From positions 1,088,001 to 1,152,000 of the forward strand of contig OY762069.1 in the NCBI GenBank assembly GCA_963665095.1: a DNA stretch of 64,000 nucleotides, written 5' to 3'. Position 1 is the first letter of the stretch. Each line of letters starts with the position of its first letter. The position numbers were made by a program, and so were the translations under genes. The DNA comes from an uncultured Desulfobacter sp. (GTDB taxonomy: Bacteria > Desulfobacterota > Desulfobacteria > Desulfobacterales > Desulfobacteraceae). Shown in pieces: positions 58,437-64,000 of this stretch. Under the pieces are notes generated by a model. It ran no database searches, was not told the origin of the DNA, and worked only from the letters and a program-made list of their open reading frames with translations.

Positions 58437-58602
58437 TATTAAAGATTATCTCCGAAACAGGTGATGTTAAAGTTCTCCACTTAATACTTCATCAGGGCCT
58501 GCCTTGTCAAAAAGCTTTTGACTTTTTAAAGGCTTTTGGCATATCATTGGTGGATTTTAAAGGGGTTAACACCTATTCAGAATGGTATAAGGTGAAAATG
58601 AT

Positions 58603-59646
58603 ATGAATGATTCATTGACATATGCAGATTCCGGCGTTGACATTGACAAAGCCACCCAGTTGGTAGACCGGATAAAAAATATTGCAAAATCTACTCCCAG
58701 ATCCGGTGTTATGGGTGAAATAGGCGGATTTGGCGGACTCTTCTCTCTGAATCTGGCCAACATCGCAAACCCGGTACTGGTGAGTTCCACAGACGGTGTG
58801 GGCACCAAGCTGAAAATAGCATTTCAGATGGACAAACACGACACAATAGGTATTGACCTTGTGGCCATGTGCGTCAACGACATTATTGTCCAGGGGGCAA
58901 AGCCTTTATTTTTCCTGGATTATCTTGCCATGGGCAAATTGAACAACAATGTGGCTGAAAAAATTATCAAAGGAATCGCGGATGGCTGCACCCAGGCCGG
59001 TTGTGCTCTGATCGGGGGGGAAACCGCTGAAATGCCCGGGATGTATCAGAACGGGGAGTATGATCTCTCCGGCTTTTCCGTAGGCATTGTGGACAATGAT
59101 AAAATCATTGACGGATCTTATATCCGTCCGGGTCATAAGCTGATCGGCATTGCATCCTCCGGCATCCACTCCAATGGATTTTCCCTGGTCCGCAAGGTAT
59201 TTTTTGACAAGTGTGGTTATGATGTCAACACCCGACTGGCAGATCTTGACACCGCACTTGGCGAAGAACTCCTTAAACCAACTATTATTTATGTCCCCAC
59301 CATTTTAAGCCTGATGAGGGATCTGCCCATCCATGGTCTGGTTCATATCACAGGCGGTGGCATTGATGAAAATATCATCCGGGTGATTCCAAAGGCATGC
59401 AAAGCCGTCATCCACAAAGGATCATGGCAGATTCCCCCCATTTTTAATATTATTCAGCGCGAAGGCAATGTGCCTGAACATGACATGCACCGGACCTTTA
59501 ACAACGGAATCGGCATGGTGGTGGTGGTGCCTGAGAAATCTTCCCAGGAAGTGATGGACCGGCTGGGAGCCATGGAAGAAGAGGCGTATTTCATTGGTGA
59601 AATACTGGACAGAAAAGACAACGAAGTTCAGACCCAGTATGTCTGA
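58603..59646 (+). CDS. purM: AIR synthase
   Basis: YADSGVDID, GGFGG, TDGVGTK, DLVAMCVND, GGETAEMP, HSNGFSLVRK, HITGGG. Confidence 0.97.
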   Translation: MNDSLTYADSGVDIDKATQLVDRIKNIAKSTPRSGVMGEIGGFGGLFSLNLANIANPVLVSSTDGVGTKLKIAFQMDKHDTIGIDLVAMCVNDIIVQGAKPLFFLDYLAMGKLNNNVAEKIIKGIADGCTQAGCALIGGETAEMPGMYQNGEYDLSGFSVGIVDNDKIIDGSYIRPGHKLIGIASSGIHSNGFSLVRKVFFDKCGYDVNTRLADLDTALGEELLKPTIIYVPTILSLMRDLPIHGLVHITGGGIDENIIRVIPKACKAVIHKGSWQIPPIFNIIQREGNVPEHDMHRTFNNGIGMVVVVPEKSSQEVMDRLGAMEEEAYFIGEILDRKDNEVQTQYV

Positions 59647-59700
59647 TAAATATATCTGATCAGCACCTCTGATCAATCATCCTTCACCAAGAGTAAACCC

Positions 59701-60699
59701 ATGTTCATTCTCGGGATTGAATCCTCCTGCGATGAAACAGCAGCCGCAGTTGTTAAAGACGGGGCACAGATACTTTCTTCTGTTGTTTCCTCCCAGGTAG
59801 ATACCCATGCAATATACGGTGGTGTTGTACCAGAGCTTGCATCTCGCATGCATATTGAATCCATTGAACCGGTCGTTGCCCAGGCGTTATCTGATGCCAG
59901 GCTCACCCTTGATAATATTGACGGAATTGCCGCAACCCAGGGCCCCGGACTGATCGGGGCCCTTTTAGTGGGATTTTCCTTTGCCAAGGCCCTTGCCTGG
60001 GCGCGGGGACTGCCCCTGGCAGGCGTCAATCACCTGGAAGCCCATATCTGCTCTCTGCAGCTTTTAGATACCCCGCCCGGCTTTCCCTTTATCGCACTTG
60101 TGGTTTCAGGCGGCCATACTAACATCTACCATGTTCAGGGGCCCTCTTCCTTTACCCTGATGGGCCAGACTCTGGACGATGCAGCCGGTGAGGCCTTTGA
60201 TAAAGTGGCAAAAATGATGGGCTTAAGCTATCCGGGTGGTCCTGCCATAGAAAAGATGGCTCAAAAAGGGGATCCCCAGTTAATTAAGTTTCCCAGGGGA
60301 CTGCTTAAAAAAGAAGGCTTTGACTTCAGCTTCAGCGGGCTTAAGTCTGCTGTGGCCCGATATCTGCACGACCATCCGGCCGTGAGCAAAGAGGAACTTG
60401 CCCATGTGGCAGCCGGATTTCAAATGGCTGTGATAGATGTCCTGTCCAGAAAGCTGATTGCAGCAGCCAGAGCCAAAGAGTGCAGCAGAATTGCCGTTTC
60501 CGGTGGGGTTTCCGCCAACCACACATTTGTAGACATTCTTTCCCGAAGAGCAAAAGGCCACAAAATTAAGGTCTTTTCACCGCCGGTCTCCCTATGCGGA
60601 GACAATGCAGCCATGATTGCAGCCCGAGGATTTGAAATGATCAAAAGCAATCAGTTGTGCAGTCTGGAAGATGATGTATACTCCAGGATAAAATCCTGA
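59701..60699 (+). CDS. tsaD: tRNA N6-threonylcarbamoyladenosine transferase
   Basis: LGIESSCDETA, GGVVPELASR.H, NHLEAH, VSGGHT, DDAAGEAFDK, FSFSGLK, DNAAMI. Confidence 0.97.
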   Translation: MFILGIESSCDETAAAVVKDGAQILSSVVSSQVDTHAIYGGVVPELASRMHIESIEPVVAQALSDARLTLDNIDGIAATQGPGLIGALLVGFSFAKALAWARGLPLAGVNHLEAHICSLQLLDTPPGFPFIALVVSGGHTNIYHVQGPSSFTLMGQTLDDAAGEAFDKVAKMMGLSYPGGPAIEKMAQKGDPQLIKFPRGLLKKEGFDFSFSGLKSAVARYLHDHPAVSKEELAHVAAGFQMAVIDVLSRKLIAAARAKECSRIAVSGGVSANHTFVDILSRRAKGHKIKVFSPPVSLCGDNAAMIAARGFEMIKSNQLCSLEDDVYSRIKS

Positions 60700-60727
60700 T
60701 TTTCTAAGCCATCCCGCAAAGGTTAGA

Positions 60728-61726
60728 TTACCCCAGATAATTCTGTTTCATTGAAAGAATCCTTTTTACACTTTCAATGCCGGATAAAAACAGAGTCTGA
60801 TCCTTTTCCAGATATCGGATCACAGCATTGCGGGCATTGGTAATATTGGGTCCTGCATGACATACAAGCACCATGTCAATGTCGGCAATCAAAACCTGAC
60901 GGATACAGGTATCCATGTCATGAGAGATGGCTTTCATATCCAGATCATCCGTCATGACGATACCTGAAAACCCCATATCCTTTCTGAGCAGCTCATATGC
61001 AATAATTCTTGACAGACTTGCCTGCCATTCAGGATCAATTCCGGGGTACAGGATATGGGAAAGCATGATGCCAGTCACATCCGCATCCTGTGCCGCCTTA
61101 AAAGGCAGAAGATCGCTTTGCCTGAGATCTTCCAGCAAGACATCCAGAACAGGCAAAGAATAATGAGAGTCCTTCACTGTCCGGCCAATACCGGGAAAAT
61201 GTTTGGCCACAGCCATGACACCGCCCTTTTGAAGCCCCTCAATGACCGTGGTGCCATAGCGGGCTACCCGATCGGCAGAACCCTTAAACACGCGGGCCTT
61301 CATAATGGAATCCACATCCGGTGGTGCCACATCCATGACCGGCGCCATGTTCATGTTGATTCCCATGCCTTTAAGTTCTGAAGCGGTAACCCGGGCAAAG
61401 AGTGCCGCATCCTCAAGGGTTTTCATATGAGGATTTCCAGAAAACTCAGTAAAAGGGTGACGCAATCGAGCAACCTGCCCGCCTTCCTGGTCTACGGCAA
61501 TGAACAGATCCGGCAGGCCGCAGTCCCGGGCATAGTTGCGTGCATCATGACAAAGCGTTCTCAGCTGATCAGGGGATTGAATATTGGGCCGGAAAAGAAT
61601 AATTCCTCCGGCCCGGTAATCTTTAATAAGATGCTTTAATTCAGAATTCAGCGTCACTCCGTCAAATCCGAGCATCAGACGCTGGCCTGTTAGATCCGGC
61701 AGGGAGGTAAAATCAAACGGTAGCAT
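60728..61726 (-). CDS. nagZ: Beta-N-acetylhexosaminidase (GH3)
   Basis: GGIILF.PN, DQEGG.V.R, APVMD, KHFPGIG....DSH, TDDLDM. Confidence 0.9.
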   Translation of the reverse strand: MLPFDFTSLPDLTGQRLMLGFDGVTLNSELKHLIKDYRAGGIILFRPNIQSPDQLRTLCHDARNYARDCGLPDLFIAVDQEGGQVARLRHPFTEFSGNPHMKTLEDAALFARVTASELKGMGINMNMAPVMDVAPPDVDSIMKARVFKGSADRVARYGTTVIEGLQKGGVMAVAKHFPGIGRTVKDSHYSLPVLDVLLEDLRQSDLLPFKAAQDADVTGIMLSHILYPGIDPEWQASLSRIIAYELLRKDMGFSGIVMTDDLDMKAISHDMDTCIRQVLIADIDMVLVCHAGPNITNARNAVIRYLEKDQTLFLSGIESVKRILSMKQNYLG

Positions 61727-61733
61727 GAAAGGC

Positions 61734-62144
61734 CTATCCCTTCAAAGCGTTCAGGGCCTCTTTAAGCTTTTCCGTAACCTGCTGTGACAAAGCGCCTGCC
61801 TCTTCAAGGGCGGAGGCAGCACTGTCGAGCCCGGCCTCTTTTGCCCTGCCGGCCCAGGTGTTGAAATTATCCTTGTGAGAATCATTGTGGGCGATCCAGT
61901 GAGCAAATAGGGTCAGCAGTTTATCCTCCATGGTCATCTCTGGCCCCTGAGCCTGTGATTGGACATGCTCGTGGTCGTGAGTATGAGCATGTTCATGGGT
62001 GTGTTCATGACTATGCTCATGTGTATGGCTGTGGTCATGGTTATGAGAGTGCGTATGTCCGTGAGAATGGTCGTGATCATGGGAATGAGAATGATCGTGA
62101 GCGTGGTCATGGCTGTGGTTGTGGTGATGATCTTCGTGGGTCAT
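61734..62144 (-). CDS. His-rich (HX)n metal-binding protein
   Basis: 30 His in the first 60 aa, then a helical domain with HWIAHNDSH. Confidence 0.8.
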   Translation of the reverse strand: MTHEDHHHNHSHDHAHDHSHSHDHDHSHGHTHSHNHDHSHTHEHSHEHTHEHAHTHDHEHVQSQAQGPEMTMEDKLLTLFAHWIAHNDSHKDNFNTWAGRAKEAGLDSAASALEEAGALSQQVTEKLKEALNALKG

Positions 62145-63583
62145 ATCTGTACTCCGTGCAGGTGCTGTTCTAAGGTTAAAATTTCGGGCATGTACTGATA
62201 TATCGGTTTCCAGCGCGACATGCCGTTCAGCTCTATGCCGTTATATATGATTGAAACAGGTCTGTCAGCAGAAACTACCACCACGATCACTTTTGGTGTG
62301 GTGGCAGAAAACCGCAGGGCGGAATTATATCGCGCGCCCCGTGCCATGTTTTCCCAGGTAATGGCCTGCCCGTCCAAAAGGCAGCCAAATCCGCGGATGG
62401 TTGCATCCGTCGTCACATGGACAGCTCCGTCAATGCGCATGAAAGCCGCAGCAAGCTCATAGTTTTCCGGCTCAAGCAGGCTTAACGGCGGGTCCAGCAC
62501 GTGGCCCGGCAATACCAGAGGTTCAGGATTTACATCAATGATCATGGTACTGCCGTAGTGGGAATACCCGGCTTTATGCACCAGCCCTGACACGACATTA
62601 AACAGGGTGCCTGCAGTTTCAGTATCAAGCTGGGAATCAAGAAGCACCTCTTCAAGCTCCACAAGCTTGTCCTCCCGGGTAGTAGAATAAAAACAGCCGT
62701 CCGCAAAGGAGGCAACGAGCTGGTACCCCATATATAAAAATCCATGATCTCCTCGAAAATCCGCGGCAATGGCATATTCAGGAACAGGCCCGGTGGTAAT
62801 TCCGACAATGGAGTTACCGTCAGAAACCAGTTTGCGCCGGGACCGTTCCACGCTGACCAGAAGTTTTCGAATATGTTTTATGTTGGAAATCACGGGCCGT
62901 TCATTGCGCTGGAACATGGTTAAAAAATCAATGGATTCCACAGTAACAGGATCTGTGAAAAAAAGGATTCCCCTGGCCCAGGCGCCCTCTTCCCTGGTTT
63001 TTGAAATGGAAAGAATATGGTTAAGAATGGGGGGGATCTGAATTTTTGTGTCAAAACCCAGGTGGCTGTTGCGCTCATCCACCATATAATCGGCAATGGC
63101 CTGAAGTGCGTAGTTCTTAACCACATAATCCGAAGAGTTGATGGGCGGGTTACCGGCATAATAATCATGAGCAAGCAGAGTGGCTGCCTGTTCAAGCCAT
63201 TTTTCAGTGGGACGGATGGAGCACATGTCCGGGTGATGTTCAGTGAACCAGATTTGATAAAAAAAATGGCTGCAGGCCCCGGCAAAGGAGATCAGGCCTG
63301 ACAGACCTAAATTTTCCTGGGGAATCAGAAAGCCTTCAGGCTGCCGGGAGATCTGTTCTTTGATATTATTGCGCCACTGGTCTTCATTGATAACAAATAC
63401 TTCCTCAAGAAGGGTTTCATGACCAAACAAAAGATCCTGGGGATCAAACACTTGGACAAGTTCATCCGGCCCTGAGCAGAACAATAACGCAACCCGGCTG
63501 GGGTGGGAAAACTTGTACAAGCCGTCAGACACCCCGTTAAGAAGATTGGCAATACATAGTTTTTTATAAGAATTCTGGTCCAT
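62141..63583 (-). CDS. DisA_N/DAC-like domain protein with an N-terminal sensor-like region
   Basis: HYGSTM.I, RIDGAV, GCLLDG, RGARYNSALRF, VVVSAD. Confidence 0.8.
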   Translation of the reverse strand: MDQNSYKKLCIANLLNGVSDGLYKFSHPSRVALLFCSGPDELVQVFDPQDLLFGHETLLEEVFVINEDQWRNNIKEQISRQPEGFLIPQENLGLSGLISFAGACSHFFYQIWFTEHHPDMCSIRPTEKWLEQAATLLAHDYYAGNPPINSSDYVVKNYALQAIADYMVDERNSHLGFDTKIQIPPILNHILSISKTREEGAWARGILFFTDPVTVESIDFLTMFQRNERPVISNIKHIRKLLVSVERSRRKLVSDGNSIVGITTGPVPEYAIAADFRGDHGFLYMGYQLVASFADGCFYSTTREDKLVELEEVLLDSQLDTETAGTLFNVVSGLVHKAGYSHYGSTMIIDVNPEPLVLPGHVLDPPLSLLEPENYELAAAFMRIDGAVHVTTDATIRGFGCLLDGQAITWENMARGARYNSALRFSATTPKVIVVVVSADRPVSIIYNGIELNGMSRWKPIYQYMPEILTLEQHLHGVQI

Positions 63584-63776
63584 TTTTCTGCAGTGTCACA
63601 AACCCTCAGATATTATAAATAATTATTGAATCTTACATCATTTTTCCACAAGATCAGAATGTAATGATTGATCCCATGTTCCACGCGGTTTGGCAAGTAT
63701 TTTTTATATCCCGGGTGTTGTAAAATAAGGGAGGGACTGATATTGAACTAAAAACCGGAAAGGAGACCAACGAAAA

Positions 63777-64000
63777 ATGATTAAACGATTTGCCGGGACG
63801 CTTGCACCTGTCTTGATTGCAGTACTTTTAGCAACCGGGTTCCCCTTTTTTTGCCAGGCACAGACTGCTTATGTTTCCGATATGCTTGTTCTGACATTCA
63901 GACAGGGCCCCGGACCTCAGTTCCCTGTCATTACAACTTTGAAAAGTGACACCCCCTTAAACATACTTGAAGAAGAAAACGGATTCCTGAAAGTGGAACT
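63777..64000 (+). CDS. Secreted SH3-domain protein (TIGR04211-like), partial
   Basis: AAGGAG SD, signal peptide, AYVSDMLVLTFRQGPG.QF.VI..LKSDTPL.ILEE; runs off the window. Confidence 0.8.
   Translation, partial: MIKRFAGTLAPVLIAVLLATGFPFFCQAQTAYVSDMLVLTFRQGPGPQFPVITTLKSDTPLNILEEENGFLKVE

Noticed and set aside
61960..62140. CRISPR or tandem DNA repeat
   Set aside because: The 6-bp periodicity is explained by His-X codons, and no repeat-spacer array was seen anywhere in the window.

Overview
This window is bacterial chromosome. Gene content and protein style suggest a Desulfobacteraceae-like sulfate reducer (inference). From left to right: (1) 1-8.5 kb core genes (leuS, rpsF-rpsR-DUF2232-rplI-dnaB-hflX). 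(2) 8.7-11.7 kb a HesB-like protein and a double-cubane reductase with its ATP-dependent activase. (3) 11.8-27.5 kb a corrinoid methyl-transfer island: three UroD-fold methyltransferases, a methyl-THF:corrinoid methyltransferase, two corrinoid proteins, an ASKHA reactivase, an MFS transporter and two GntR regulators. It includes an apparent operon joining a Tmc-like membrane module (cytochrome b, small FeS protein, tetraheme cytochrome c3) to MetV-MetF. (4) An orphan DUF1646/Na+-riboswitch-like RNA near 27.6 kb. (5) 27.8-39.1 kb a polyhydroxyalkanoate cluster (DUF3141, a cNMP-acetate kinase-PduL fusion, a Trk-like protein, phaE, phaC, a third Cys-hydrolase, MaoC, a phasin-like gene). (6) 39.4-46.6 kb mostly housekeeping genes. 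(7) 47-55.3 kb a decayed island at the 3' end of tRNA-fMet, with two IS4 copies, a dead integrase, a toxin-antitoxin array and gene remnants. (8) 55.5-64 kb core genes and a DAC-like/His-rich/nagZ operon. The best candidate for an undescribed system is the membrane- and cytochrome-coupled methylene-THF reductase inside the methyl-transfer island. All calls come from reading motifs by eye; no database searches were run.
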